DNA from: Thalia democratica
Lineage: Eukaryota
Direction: 5' to 3'
NCBI GenBank assembly: GCA_965202585.1
Contig: OZ241826.1
Coordinates: 64,666,001 to 64,730,000, forward strand
Length of the DNA stretch: 64,000 nt
The notes under the pieces were generated by a model, which did no database searches, was not told the origin of the DNA, and saw nothing but the letters and a program-made list of their open reading frames with translations. Within the stretch, counting starts at the first letter, position 1, and each line of letters begins with the position of its first letter. Position numbers and translations under genes: made by a program. Shown one piece after another: positions 1-14,300 of the stretch.

Positions 1-149
1 TTTAGCCTTGAAAATAAGTAATAAATTTTCTTGCATTTTAATGTAATACTGTACATAATAAATGCTATATAAAAAAGTTATTGAAATAATTTCAAAACTT
101 TTACTTTAATTTTTTCATTGTTGAGTTAATGAACTGTTTAGTAATTAAT

Positions 150-470
150 GAAATAAAGCAGCCTCAGACTGCAAACCAGTCAGAGCGGCCCAAATCCTCC
201 ATAAACACACGACCTCGACCCAAGTCAGCAGTGCCCTTGTCCAGAATGCGCAGAACCATAAATTTGAGGGGCTTAAACGAGCGACTGACCGAGTCGAAAA
301 TTTCTGAACAATAATATTTACAAGGTTAACATTATTTTTATTGCAACAGACCGAAGAGAGCAAGTTGATAGCAGAAGAAAGTAGAGAGAAGGAGCTGCCG
401 AAAGCGGCGCTGCTTCCAAATATCAGATGCAGTCGCGAGTCTCAGCTGTCAAGTTAGATTTTTGCACAAA
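150..470 (+). other. GC-rich exon-like island of unknown identity (possible exon(s) of a gene entering from upstream, or a TE relic)
   Basis: About 50% GC against about 20% in the flanks. Open frame QPQTANQSERPKSSINTRPRPKSAVPLSRMRR...SEQ* (to 314). An acceptor-like TTTTTTATTGCAACAG at ~335-349 is followed by a second open frame TEESKLIAEESREKELPK. No recognisable family motif. Confidence 0.25.
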
Positions 471-3251
471 TTAGCACGATCACATAGGCAAAATTGTATG
501 GTAAAGTATATAACAGCTTAAGTTACACTTAAAACAGCACACTTTAGAGGAATTTTTATCAAGTTTATGCGTAAAATTAGCAGCTATTAGCAAACCTTAA
601 GTTATTAATGACATAATTCTGCGTGAATCAATTGATTAATTGTTAGCACTATTTTAATTGTTGAAAACATAAAACTTTCATGTTTTAATGCTATTTATAC
701 GTTTTGTATAGTTTTAAAAATGTAGAAAAGTATGTTTGTGCTTTACAAGAGCCATAATAATTCACTTTAGCTAAATTTAGTTGTTCACAGCACTAGTTTA
801 ATTGCCAATAAAATAAATCTAGTTTTTAAATTTAAGTAAGCTTTCTCAGCAGTAATTAAATGTATTATTTGCATATTTTGTAGGTTGTAGTTAGCATTTT
901 ATTTAAGCCACGTAAAAGATAGTTCAGAATCAAAAGAGCATAGTTTTTATATATCTCAAGTTGCGTTTTATCTCATCAGAAAACTTAAAACTATTAGATA
1001 TTTGTACTGAATTAGAAAAATAAAAGTTAGTTAATAGTTTATTGTTTTAATTACTTTTTCATTCCACTCAAATATCTTATAGTAATTATATTAATCTAAT
1101 TTTTCAAGTGGTATAACAATATTGTTTGTATGTAAAGTATTAACTAACATAGTAAATTTGACAACGTTTCATTTTATTCCGTTAAATTAAAAAAATTACG
1201 GTACATTAATTCATGCATTTTGTATGCAAAAAGTATGTTGTATAATATTTTATGAAACTAATATTGTTTGGTTTTAATTAATACTTTTCTTTGAGCATAT
1301 TTATTTCTATGATATAAAGAATGCCAATCTAATATTCCACACAGATTAAAATCATAAGGAGTCTGATGAAGCAATAAAAAAAAATCATTTATACTCAAGA
1401 AGCAATTTCGTTGTGTTTAATTTTGTGTAACTTTAACACTTGAGAATAGTATTGTATTTTAAGAACTCACACCATGCACTTTTTTAATGTATATTTTACT
1501 TATTATATCAATACGTCTTATACATAACGTTTTATTATATCTATGCTTCTTTTGAAAGTAGTTTGTAGTTTTTTACTTAACTTAAACTTAAATTGTGTAG
1601 TTTAGTTTTAAGCTTTTTCTTTTTTGTATAACAACTTGTGCTAAGTCCAAGTGTAATAGAAAATTTGTACGTTTAAATTAAATTTAAAGAATTAAATAGA
1701 AGCTCTGTAAGTGCTGCCACTTAATATTTTTTTTAATAATTTTTTGTACACTGTGAGATACTTTTATTAAGCCATTTTTTAAGTTTTATTAAAGTGTCTT
1801 ACGTCTAAATTTTTATGTTTTACCAAAGAATAGTTAATGTATTGTCTTAATTTAACAGCCAATTGTTTATATTTTAGCTTTTGTTCACACTCAATTAATA
1901 TTCACCTTTTGTGCAAATACGACTTTTAAAAAGCGCTTTTAATAAAGAAAATACTATTTAACTCAATCTAAACATTTAAAGCAAAATTATTTAAATTTTG
2001 TTAAAAAAAAATTAATTAACTGTATAAATAATTTAAATTTGTAAGGTTTTTTTTAATCTATTTTGTAATTTTTGTATTTAATGTAGTATGCTTTAAATAT
2101 ATTTGACCTTAGCAGTTATCATGTAATGAACTGTTTAAAAAAATAATTAGATTTTTGAATATAAAAAAATCGGCTTTTTTTTTTATCATTTATTGATTAA
2201 AATTTATGTTTATAATAACAGCTTTATACAGCAATTTTGTTATAATTAAATTTTTTTAACAGATATTGTTTTGTTAAACTTCTCTAAGTATTACTAAGCT
2301 TTTTTTTCTAATACTCATAAGGATTTAAGAATATTTTCTCATTAAATTTTGTAATAAACTCTTTTGGGTAAATATTTTATAGAAGTTGTTTTTATTCTTC
2401 AATTTGGACTCAAATAATAAACTAAAGGTAATAATAAAAAATCTAATTCAAGAAGTAGTTATTTTAGATTTGATATTTTATTCTTTTACTGTGCTTTATT
2501 TGTTATTTCAAAAAAAATACTTTGTTAAATAAGTAAAAAGAGATAACAAAAATATATTTATTCAAAAAACTCTTATAAAGCAAAAGTTCGATACTTACTT
2601 TCAGTTACTGGATAATAATTTTATATGAAAGTTTTAATTTATGTACTATACGTAAAACTGTTTAGTAAGACACTTAAACAACAAAAGTATTATAAAAGTA
2701 ACTTTTTAAAACAAAAGTCATTTTTATTAACACACGCACCGATATAAAAATTAAACATATAAGATTAAGAATAAGTAGGTTTAACTACAATCTGGTTTTG
2801 TTAAATAAAGTTCTACGATTTTATTTATGGTATATATATCTACTTAAAGAGTTAATATTTCAATACTTACAAACAACATCGTGAGCCGCAAACAAAAAAT
2901 TCTTAGGATTAGGATCATAATTATTTAAGGAATGCATTTTTAAGAAAAATTTCAGAATTGACCAACAGTATACTTGGGCTATTTCTTTACTTCACAAATC
3001 CCCTAGTCTAAAGTTTTATACTGAAATAACACTATAAAGTTAGAGAAAAAAATTGTCCAGTTAAATGATAATCTAATATTTTTAAAAGCTACTGTTAAGA
3101 AAAATAATTTGAAGCAAACTAGTATCTTGTATTCCTTAATAAAGTACTTAATAGTATAATTATTTTTCATCAACAAAGGAGACAATGTGTGTAAAAAATT
3201 AATTACTAATATTAGTTAATATAGGTCCTGGGCATGACGTTTAACTGTTCT

Positions 3252-3340
3252 GGTGTATGACTAGATGACAGAAATGTTTTTTGTACACCACATCATTGGA
3301 CCAAACTTTTTGAGCGTATTTTTTTCACGTTCAATAAATA
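3252..3340 (+). repeat. Short dispersed repeat (GGTGTAC...GTACACC hairpin family); other copies at ~11791-11870 (+), 13470-13558 (+), ~36440-36524 (-), ~37262-37335 (-)
   Basis: Shared core GGTGTA(C/T)GACT.GAT.AC.GAAA.GTTT.TTTGTACACC...GGACCAAAC.TTTTT.AGCG.TTTTTT..CGTTCAATAAA, aligned by eye in five places. Confidence 0.6.
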
Positions 3341-4619
3341 ATATACGCATTTATTTGGTAAAAGAAATTGCTTGTTGTTCACACGAATTTGCTTTGTAAC
3401 ACATTTAGGTATAAAAAAACTTAGGTCTTAACGAACTAAAAAATTTGCTTCATTGTTTTTCTCTAAATCGTTATTATAAAAGATAAGACTTATACTAAAA
3501 AGAAAATTTTAAATATAAATAAATCATTAAATATATTTCATATCATCATAGTTTCAACATATTTTATAAACAATAACTTTTAGGTATTTACAGTTTTAAA
3601 CTAATTAAAAAATTATAATTAAAATAAAATTTATATTAACATGAACGATGTACTTTTACGTGCGAAAATCTTCTTAGGGAGGTCTTTAAATATCGTAAGA
3701 AGTTCTGAAATCAACATTAATTAGTTAAACAGACATTGAAATCAAGTTTAGATTAATTTTCAAAATATTACTAAAGTGGTTTCTTAATTATTCCTATTGA
3801 TTTTTATTTTAAAAATTTCAATCCACAAAAATCATGTAGTACAGTATTTTTCCAACTAAAAAAACTATAAGCAATAAAATTTAATAAAAAAAAAAATTAT
3901 TTGTTTATATATCTGTTCAAACGAATCTATCACTTTTTTTATAAGACAACCAAATGTTATTGAAAATTTATATTGTCGTGTTAATTTTATTATCAATATT
4001 TTTTTATATATGTTTAAAATACCTTATTGTTATGGTTTTACAGATGTACTATGATTTTTTTTTTTTGGTTTTAGCTTGACTGTGTGATTTTTAAAGTTTT
4101 CATCCAAAGTGACATAGTAGAAAATACATACTAATAGAAATTTCCAAAATAATCATTCTAAAGCTAGCTATACTAATTCAAAGTTATTTGAAAAAGTTCC
4201 TCAATTCTGACATCTTAAGTTTAAGCAAAAGTTTATAAAATATTTTGTTTTAAAACTATAATAATAACAAACTGCATATCAACATTGCACTGGAAAACCT
4301 GCTCATCCGCATAAGTGCCTTGAAAAAGCCGCCAAAAAAAAATTATCATAAAAATTTAAGTTTAAACAAGCAAACGTTTATACTGTTTAGAATTATTTAT
4401 TTCCGTTTTCCTTGAACCCTACTCCTACGTGATCTTTTAAAAACAGTAGTTAATTTTCTAACTAGTTAACATATAAAGTAGTATACAATGTAGTTATAAA
4501 ATAGTATAGCAAGCAATTAACATAAAACTTAAAGTTTATATTATTTTTTATTATAAAAAAAGATTGATTGTAAATAGATTTACATTAGCAGTTTAAGATA
4601 ACTTAAAATAAATTCTGTA

Positions 4620-5609
4620 GGAAACTGTCGTTTATAATTTATGGGCATGACTATCAACGTTAGCACAACTGTATGCAATTTCTTAGACACAACTTTAAAC
4701 CTGACTAACAATGTACACAAACCATACCGTAAAAAAATTCAGAAGTAAGGTATATAAATAAGAATTCAAACCACTCAAAAGTTATACAAAGGAACCTCCC
4801 AGAGATGATTAATAGAATTAGAAGAGAATTGATAGACTTTTCAAAAATGAACAAATATTTAAAAACTTTGTAGCCACATACAAAAACGCTTTAGACAATG
4901 CCAACTTCAAGCATACACTAAAATATAGAGAAAACAAAAAGACTCAAACTTCAAAGATGACGAACCAACCAAGGAAAACCATTTATTTTAATCCCCCTTC
5001 TGTCAATCCGTAAAAACTAATATCGGCAAGATACTGAAAAAAAAGAAATACTAAGTAAAATATTAAACAAAAATAGCTGTAAGCAGTCTTATAGTTGTAT
5101 GACGAATATTAAGGTGATAATACATAAGCACAACAAGAAAACTCTAAATAAAACCAACAAAACCGAAGAACAAAACAACACTACTAATAATATATCCTGT
5201 AACTTCCGCTCAAAGAATCTATGCCCCCTACATAGCAAATGTTCATTAAAAATTGTTATTTAAAAACCACTATATCATCTGCAAAGGAAACAAAACATTA
5301 TATAGGTTTAACCGGAAATACATTTAAAGTAGATAGAACAGTAACAATGCCAGCTTCAAAAATTATAAAGACAACGGGACCAAACTAGCAAAATACATTT
5401 GGCATTTGAATGACAACAAAATCAAATACGACATAAAATGGAGCATCCTCCACCACATTGGGGAAATTAAAAACGTACATAACACCTGCAAGACTTGTAT
5501 TTTAGAAAAAATAGAGATAGCCAATGCTAACAAAAAGATCAACTTGAATAAGAGGTACGAACTGTTTGCAATCTGCCTGCATTTTCAGAAACTCTGCTTT
5601 AAAACTTAA
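4620..5609 (+). mobile_element. Decayed Penelope-like retroelement (RT thumb plus GIY-YIG endonuclease region)
   Basis: Frameshifted translation gives NFLDTTLNL..KPYRKK, YKNALDNANFKHTL, IYFNPP..SVKTNIG, SYSCMTNIKVIIHKHNKK and TKLAKYIWHLNDNKIKYDIKWSIL...CKTCILEKIEI...LNKRYEL, which are typical PLE ORF C-terminal motifs. Confidence 0.85.
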
Positions 5610-6879
5610 ACTATCACTGGTTAATTAGTAAGTAAAATTATTTGTAATTGTAAGGAGTTATCTTCACCTCTAGAAACTTATTTTACATTAAAATGCGATC
5701 CCAAATTATAATTTTTCAATAAGACAATTTAGCAAAATTTATAACAAAAACAAATTATTTCAGTTTGTACATCAAATTAAAATGGGATGAAGGAAGTCTT
5801 CCTCTTTTGATTTTAAAGACCGGACAGGATTGAATTTTAGATAAACATAAATAAAAATGGTAAAAACCATTAAAAAAATCAGTCACAGTCTTATACAACC
5901 ACTTTGAAGAGATCTTTCGTTTATTAAAAAACAAACATTTTCAATTCTTATTCAAATAGAATTTCTATTAATGGTTCTTACCATTTTTATTTAAGTTTGT
6001 ACATCAGTTCAAGCAGCAATATAATTACGTCATAAAGCTAAGTTTAAAGTTTTTTGAACTTTAATCTTTAACAAATAAAATCTTTATTTAATTCAAACTT
6101 TAAGTTTATCATTATATTTTTTTTACAACTAACTTTTAGTTAGTTTGGTTTATTACGACTTTTATTAATTTTTTCTTAATCTATAGTGTTCATAAATTTC
6201 TTAAAAAGATAATGTAAGTAATAAATTCTTATTTAAGTTTAGTATTAAAACGTTTTGTTTTTATATAATCTAGTTTAGCACTAACATTTCAAACTTCACA
6301 GTAAAAATTAATGCAGTAATAGTAACAAATTTTAGTTTTAAACATAAGTTTATTAAACCATAAGTTTTTAAACCATAAAATACTTTGGTTTTTTTCATTT
6401 TGTTTTACTTAATACTTTATTTTTATATACACCTTCCATTTATTTGTTCAAAAACTTTTTTTTAGATTTATTTTAACAAGTGATGATCACTTATATCTTA
6501 ATGTTGTTTTGAAACTTGATTGTACTGAAACATTGTTTTGTTTATAATAAACTGTGAAAATAAAATATCATTTATTAACTAAACTTAACTATGCAAGTAC
6601 TGTTATTGAAAGATTTTTTTGAGTATGTATTTATATACCATTTGAAACTTAAAATATATAGATTTAGATTACACGTTTTTATACTTTTTTTTGAGAACTC
6701 TTATTTAAGAACTCTTTTTTTAGTTTGTTTACTATTCACAAACATTTTGAAAAACACTAACGTGAAAAACATTAAATAAAAACTAAATTTCATTAATATT
6801 TCACAACAGTTTACGTTGGTAATTGTTTATTACGGTTACAAAAAACAAATATTATCTAAATTTCAAACTTTAAAGGCAC

Positions 6880-7200
6880 AATATTGTAATTAAACCGGCC
6901 TACACAAACAAAAAAGTTTTTGACGACTTCAGAAACAAAAGTAAATGCTCAGAAAAGTTTGACGCGAATGTAAGTTATAGATAAGCCTACTCTGCAGGTC
7001 AGAGCATCTCCTATATTGGAGAGACAACGAGACAAGATTTTTTGACGAATTGAAGATCACTGTTTTACAGACAAAAACAGAGCAATATTCAACCACCTAT
7101 TTAGTTAAACACAATGCCAATATTCTGACATCGTACAAAACTTTAAAGTTTTAAAACGACGTAAGGAGAGCTAACTTCTGGAATCAATATTGAAAGGTCT
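6880..7200 (+). mobile_element. Second Penelope-like GIY-YIG fragment (different subfamily)
   Basis: Translation includes SYIGETTRQ and RIEDHCFTDKNRAIFNHL, matching the YIGET.R.L..RI.EH motif of PLE GIY-YIG domains; contains stops and frameshifts. Confidence 0.7.
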
Positions 7201-7639
7201 AAGTTGTTATTGCAAGTTTATTGTCCATATGATGGACCTAGAGATCAAAACCTAGGCCACTTCAACAGAAAGACACAAAATGAAAAAACAAAAATAACAC
7301 AAGTAGTTCATTTTGTTAAAACAAAAGTATAAAAATATTTTAATATAAAATTTATACATTAACATAAAAAGCAAAATATTAACCACAAACTTATACTTAT
7401 TTACGCTTTTTGTAGAAGAATCAACATAAAAAATTTAAATGCATTGACTGACAACAAAAATAAAACCTAAAGCCCCAAGCACATTAGCAATAGACTGTCC
7501 AGAAAAATAATCATTGGAGACATTAAAAAAGGACTCATCATTAATAAAGGAAAGGCGCTGATAATAAAATTGAACTACAGACTAGGCTAAATCTTAAAAT
7601 TAAATCAACGGTTGATAAAAATTACTTATTAGATTTACT

Positions 7640-10600
7640 AACAAATATTTTATTTTGATTTAAATCAAACCATTTTAACTTTAATCGAAATTATTCAACA
7701 TGTTTGCAAGAAACTAATTCATTTGGAAGTTTGTTCCATATTTCAACTGACCGATAAAAAAAATAATTATGCTAAGCCTTGTTATTAAAATGATGTTTGC
7801 ATGTTTTTTTTTTTTGCTATTTCCTCTCAGTAAGTAATTAGTTTTATAAGGTTGATAAATTGATTGTAAAATTAATCGTAGTTTCACCGTTAACTAGTTT
7901 TAAAAAAGTTCTGAGGTCAAATTCAAGTCACTTGTATTCTAAAGATTTAATATTAAGTTTTTTTAGTCTACCAAGGTAAGACGTGTAAGAAATATTGCAG
8001 CGGTTGAAGATTAGTCTAGTATATTTTCTTTGAACACATTCTATATGGTTAGTATTTTTTTTTAAGTATGGAAACCTGATTGGTGTGTTATATTCCAACT
8101 TAGGACGAATGTATGTGAGAGACAATTTTTAGGATGTTTATATCCGTAGACTTAAAGCTCATAAAAAGATTTAGTTAATGCAATTGGGTAAAGATAATTA
8201 ATATGGTGATTTCATTTTAGATTTTCAGCAACACAAATTCAACAATCTTTAAACTTTTTATTTAAAGATAAATTTGTATTGTTTATTTTTAGGTCAAAAA
8301 TAGAGATAGTAGTATTTTTTGAATATTTAGAGATTGACATTTATTAGGGTCTAATTTTATTTCCTTTAGCCAATTGTAAATTTTATTTAAAGAATTCTGT
8401 AAAGTTGTGTTCGATTGGCTAAAAAAAAAATGTTTCGTCTACAAAGAGGTTAATGTTGCTGCTAACATCAACTTCTGAAGCTATACCATTTATGTAGTTA
8501 ATAAACAACCATTTCTTGAGGGACTCCTCTAAAAGTAGGTAATTGTTCTGAAAATGAGTTATTAATCTCTACTTTTTTAATTCTATCGTTTAGATACTCT
8601 TTAAACCAACTAACTAGACTGCTACAAATTTTGTATTGCCATTATTTTTTTTATTTAATATGAGAGACAGAGTCAAAAGCTTTTTCGATATCTGTATAGA
8701 TTACTTTAAAAGACTTATTGCTTAAAAAAACACCAACCGAAAGTGTTAGTAATACATTAGTGAAAAACAGGATGTTCGGTTAGAGAGAAAACCAAACCGT
8801 TTAGGTGAAATAAGATTATTTAGAAAAAAGATAGTCGAGTACTTTTATAGAAATTATATGTTTAAAAATTCTGCAAAACCTACTTGTCAAAGATATTGGT
8901 CTGAAATTTAAAGGATTGTAACTGGAATCTTTTTAGTGTATTGGTAACACATATGAAAGTTTCCATTGTTTTGGCACAAAAGATATTGCCAGAGAACAAT
9001 TATAGATTAGTGATAATGGAAAAATTATAGAATAATTAGTATGATTAATAAAATACGAAGGAATATTATCTGGTGTTTTTATTATTTTATCATGTAAAAT
9101 GATTGACAGATTTAATTATTTCATCATTGCTTATAAAAAAAATTGCATTTTAAGACAGTCTTTATCAATAAGTTCAAAATTTTTTTTTTCATCATCTTTA
9201 ACTTTTTGAAAGGCTTTATTTTAAAAAAAGGCTTTATCAAAATCAGATACTATTGGTAAGTTGTTTTTGTCATGCAATACAGAAAAAAGCAGGTGCTATC
9301 TTAAGCTTAGATTTTACATAGCAGTAGATTTTTTTGCATTTATATTCTGGAAAAAAAATTTTTTATGTTCCATGCTAAATATTTTAACTTCTTTTTGATA
9401 TTCATTGGAAATTTTTTTGTATTTCTGTATTATCTGCTTATCTGATTTATGTTATTTATTTAGTTTTAGTTTTTCTCTCAACAACTTTTTTTATATCAAA
9501 ATGATATATTTTTGATTTTCTGTGATATTTAGTTAAGGGCTCAAATTGTTTGATTAAAAAGTTTATTGTGTTTATAAATTCGTCCTAAAATTCTTGTAAG
9601 CTTTTTGAATTTTTATATACAACTTTTCAGTTTATTTCTAACAAAAATTTACTAATATTATCAAAGTTTAATCTGTACAGTCTAAGTAGAGCGACCGAAA
9701 AGTTGGCTTTGTGCCCCATCAACACTAATGCCAAACGAAATAACGCTACGGTCATTAGCATCGGTTAAAGGCAAATCTACCGAATGAAACTCAACTCTAT
9801 CCAAACCAATATAATTACAAAGCAGTGAATCAGGAATGTTACCGTCTTTATGTGTAGGTGAATCAATGAGTCGTGTAAGAAGGTTATCTGAACAAAATTT
9901 AATAAAGCTTATGTGACAATTGTGTTTGGAATATTCTAGTCTGTATTTGGTAGGTTGAAGTCACCAAGAATGTAAAAAGGAAACTTTTTTGGAATAAAGT
10001 GTCTGATTAGGTTGATCATTTTTGAAACAATTATTAGAGATTTAGAAGAATTTCGAGCGATGTAGAGACATAAAAATCTTATTCTTAGTCCATTTAGAAT
10101 CAAAACATATAAATTCAAAACAATCAGAGGAAATAAAGTTATTTTGAACTTCAGCTAGTTAAAGAGTTTTTTTATATAACAGCAACGCCTCCCCTGCTTA
10201 GTCTATCAGTACGGATAATATTATACCCTAGGGACAAAAGTTTGGATCAATAGTATTAGGATTTGACCATGTTTCAGTAATAGAAAAAATCTAACATTGA
10301 TTTTTTTACACATATAAAATTCAGCAAACCTTATATTTTTAAAAGTAAATCTTATACTTGTCTATGAAATTTTAATAAAATATTTTTACTAGAGTTAAAA
10401 TTGTTTCAAATAACTGTGCTTGAGGCTTTAGTACAACCACTACAATAAAAACTACCTTTTTTTTTGCTATAATCGTTTGTTAATTTTTACTGTGTTAAAA
10501 AGCTGTATGTTAGAGTTTGAGAAACTTGACTTACTAGACCCGGAGATCCTGGGTGTTAAACCGAAAGGGCTGTCCAGTGTTTTCAACTATTCTGTTTTGT

Positions 10601-11380
10601 TTAATCATGTACCTAATGTTCAAATTTCTGCTTTCAGCTTCTGCTTCTTTTTCTTTCAGTTCAATTCTTAAGCTTCTAAAATTTTCCATCTCTGATTTTT
10701 TTCGATCAACATTAATGTATATGTTAATTTCTCTTTTATGGTGGAATGTTTTAAGGTTTCTTAGACTCGGTAATTTTTTTCTAGTTGATTTAGTTGTTAG
10801 TTTCAGAATAATTGGTTTTGTTTTATTGCTATTATATTTACCCACACAGATAAAGTATTTAGTTCAGTCTCATTCAACTTGTTAGAATCTAAACTATCTT
10901 GAATTAAGTTGAGTTCTTTTTTAGCATTTTCAATTGCATAAACTGATGGACTGTTACAACTTTTTGGAATATAAAAATTACGACATTTAGATATTTTTAT
11001 ATTTTATTTAGTTTTCTTTCAGTTTCAGCATTTATTTTCTCTGCTATAAATGTAAATTTACTACCGATGTTATTAACTATGCCAGGTTATTTTGTAATTG
11101 AATTATTTGATTTTCTGCATTTACTGAATATTTCATTTCAAATGCTCAAATTTACTGGTAAAATCTTTTTAAATTCCATAAGACTCTTACTTAGCAAACT
11201 AATTTTCTGTTAAAAAGAAAATTTTCTGTTCTAGTTCTTTGATTTTCTTCTCATATTCATTTTTTAAATTACTGATTTCTTCTTCAAATAATTCATATTT
11301 AATATCATTTTCTCATTTGTGGCTCTGTTAAATTTACTGTTTTCAAGGGCACCTCTTATATCTGCTTCAGACATATTAAT
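7640..11380 (-). mobile_element. Near full-length decayed CR1/L2-clade LINE (ORF1 plus APE-RT ORF2)
   Basis: Minus-strand ORF1 coiled coil near 11370 and KPIILKL...IYINVD..KSEMENFRSLRIELKEK (10534-10845). Endonuclease ILGDFNLPNTD (9936-10118). RT C-terminus YIRPKLEYNTP..PYLKKNTNHIECVQRKYT...SY..RLKKLNIKSLE (7928-8125) and KIWNKLP near 7730. Many stops. Confidence 0.85.
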
Positions 11381-14300
11381 TTAACTATAAATAACCTTAT
11401 TCAAATAGAATAGTTAAACACGCAAGTAACATTAAACGAAAAAGCAAACTTTTTGACAACTTACTAATCAATATATCTATACTCAAGTTTTGTTTGCTGC
11501 ATGTTAAATTTTACATTTTAGATCCTATAATCATCTTTAAAAATATTTACTAACTCATTAATTTTTAGATTAAGTTATCAAAGTTAAAAATAAACTTTGT
11601 GCAGTTCCGAAAATGTTTGTTAAAAAAAACAGAATGAGTAATCTGAAATTTTGCAAAAATGATGTTTTTCATAATTCTTACAAAAAAAAAACTGAACTTA
11701 TATATCTAAAATTATTTATACAAATATAAAACTTAATAGAGTACTTAAAGCTTAATGTACTCCTAAAAATGACGTTAAACTGTATTAAATTGCGTAAGAC
11801 TTGCAAACCGATAGGTTTTTCGGTCTTAGTACCAATTATTTTGAGCGCTTTTTTTGTCGTTAAATAAACAGTAGTACTAAAAATAACTAAGGCTGAAAAT
11901 TAAAAAAATAATTTTTACTTTTATAACTCTTATCTTTAAAACATAACTGTTCTTGAAATCTTTTTAAGAACAGACAAAGCAGGATTGTCATTGTTATTTC
12001 ATTTGTGAAAATTACTCAAGATGAATTTATGATTTACAGAAAATGCTTGTTACGTATTGTATGTTAAGAACTCTTTCTTTCTGGCAGCCTACTACAATAT
12101 AAAGTATTCCACTTTTAAATAACTTTTAATTACTTAAAAATGCTCGCTTAGTTAAATGGCTATTTTATTTTTACTTTTTACTAACAAAATTAGTAATAAA
12201 AGTATTGTAGCACTTCAAATACATTTTAAGTCAACTGATTTAAGTCCAGTTATTTGTTGATTTTTTTTCTTTATGTTTGAGTAAAATGGGTTAGGGATAA
12301 GGGTGTTCAAAAAATTAAAAAATATTTTATACGTTTTGCTGACGCAGCAAATAGCAAAATCTCCACATCACAATCGGAGTCTTGTCACATCGTGGAGGTC
12401 TTTTTCCTAATACTAGTTGAGTCAGCAAAAAAAAAAAAAATTTTCATGGTTTTTTAATTTTGGCTTAATAACAACCTATATTTTGACTAGTTATTAACAT
12501 TTGGGAAAGCTTAGCCTAGGCATAAAGGTTTAACAAAAAAATGCCCTAAGATTTTTTTGATTCAGCAAATATTAGGGGAAACGTCTCCGCATTACAATCG
12601 GACCCGTTTTAATATTAGAAAATTACTACAGAAGGAAAAATTTTATAAAATAGTTTTTTCTTATGATAAAAAATGTTAAATTTAATTTTTTAGTTGTGGG
12701 TTATAAAAAAAAAATTAACTTAACTATTTTTTATACTTTCTTCTGAAATAAAGAGGTAAAAAGGATCAAACAGAAGTCCTCTAATTTTTTATGTTTGCAA
12801 GTATTGCTTGGTTTCTATTATTACAGTTTTAGACTTGGAAAAGTATTCAAAAAGAAAAAAAAAGTATAATTTAAAATAGAAGGAAATTTGTTGTTGTTAT
12901 TATCATTATTGTTAAAATTATTGATGTTTTTTCATATTAAAAGCATAAATTTTACAATAATTATCTTCATATTTTTATTTATAAAAGTTAAGTTCAGTTA
13001 TTGTAAAAATCACTTCTTTAAAATTCTTAAGAAATCTTTAAAATAGTTTATTTTACTATTCAAATGTAAAATAGTTTTTACTGTTCAAGTTAAATTATTA
13101 AATAAAATAAAAAGTATCTTTTTAGCCCAAAATACTTAAGAAAAATTTTCGTAAAAATGTTCCAGCTTATAACATTTTACCTTCTTTAAAGAAGTTGTAA
13201 CCTATAAATCAAGTATTCACAGTTTCACACGTTTGTTGTTAGTGTTGTTAATATTCTTTTAAAAGTTAATTTAAAGTTATATATATTTTTTAGATCTTAG
13301 GTTACTAAACAAGAATCATAGTACATTATTAAACCCAAAGTTCAGTTAATTTTCGTTTGTTTTATTTTCTTTCATTTTTATTCTCGTTTAACTGATTGTT
13401 TTATTACTAAAGATTTAAATGATAAAAAAAACTACGTGTAATAGCTCGTAAACAACTTCATAAGCATGAGGTGTACGACTGGATAACCGAAAGGTTTCTT
13501 TGTACACCAGGTCTTTAGATTAAACTTTTTAAGCGCTTTTTTTATCGTTCAATAAACAATAATAATACTACTTATTCTAAATATTTTAAAAACTGTTGTT
13601 CTTAAATTTCTCCTGGTTTTACAAAAAAATATTCTACCGCTTAGGTTGTTAATCTTGCAAAAAAGACATAATGTTGATGGTGTTAGATAAGCCAATTGCA
13701 TTAACTTGTAAGCCCTTCAGAAAAGTAAAACTCTAAGTTAAGGAAAGTGCAATATTAATATCAGCTTTATAACTGTTAGATAAATGCATCATGTTTATCC
13801 CAGATTTGTTTATTTTTCTTTCATTAATAAATGTTCATATTGAATGTCATTAGTTATAAATTGTTTACCAATGGACTTTGAATAATATATTAATAAGAGA
13901 CTAAGAAATTCACATTAAAAAGTTGACAGATCTGTGCAAACTAAATAATTTAAGTATTTAGTTTGCAATACTGTAGTTTGCTACATTCAGTGAACCCAGG
14001 CATTTATCCCCAGCATTTACAAAGTAGACAAAATCTATCACAAGATTGGTTCTATTAAAAAATCATATTTAGTAGTTGATTTAAACGAATAATTTAGTGT
14101 TTATATTTAATCAATATGTTTTAATTTTGTCAAAATTTATTTGAAAGTGTATTGTTAAGTAGATATTTAATACTATTATGTAGATTTGTCAGTGTGGCTA
14201 CTTGTTTTTTTTGAATTTTCTTCCAGGTTAAGAGTATTAGTTTTCCAAGTATCCTAGTATGTACTATATATAAAGTTGAAATTTTGTTAATATTACACAA

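Noticed and set aside
5843-5999. ~31-bp inverted repeat downstream of the first PLE relic
   Set aside because: AT-rich and degenerate, with no TSD or ribozyme core; probably an old MITE remnant.
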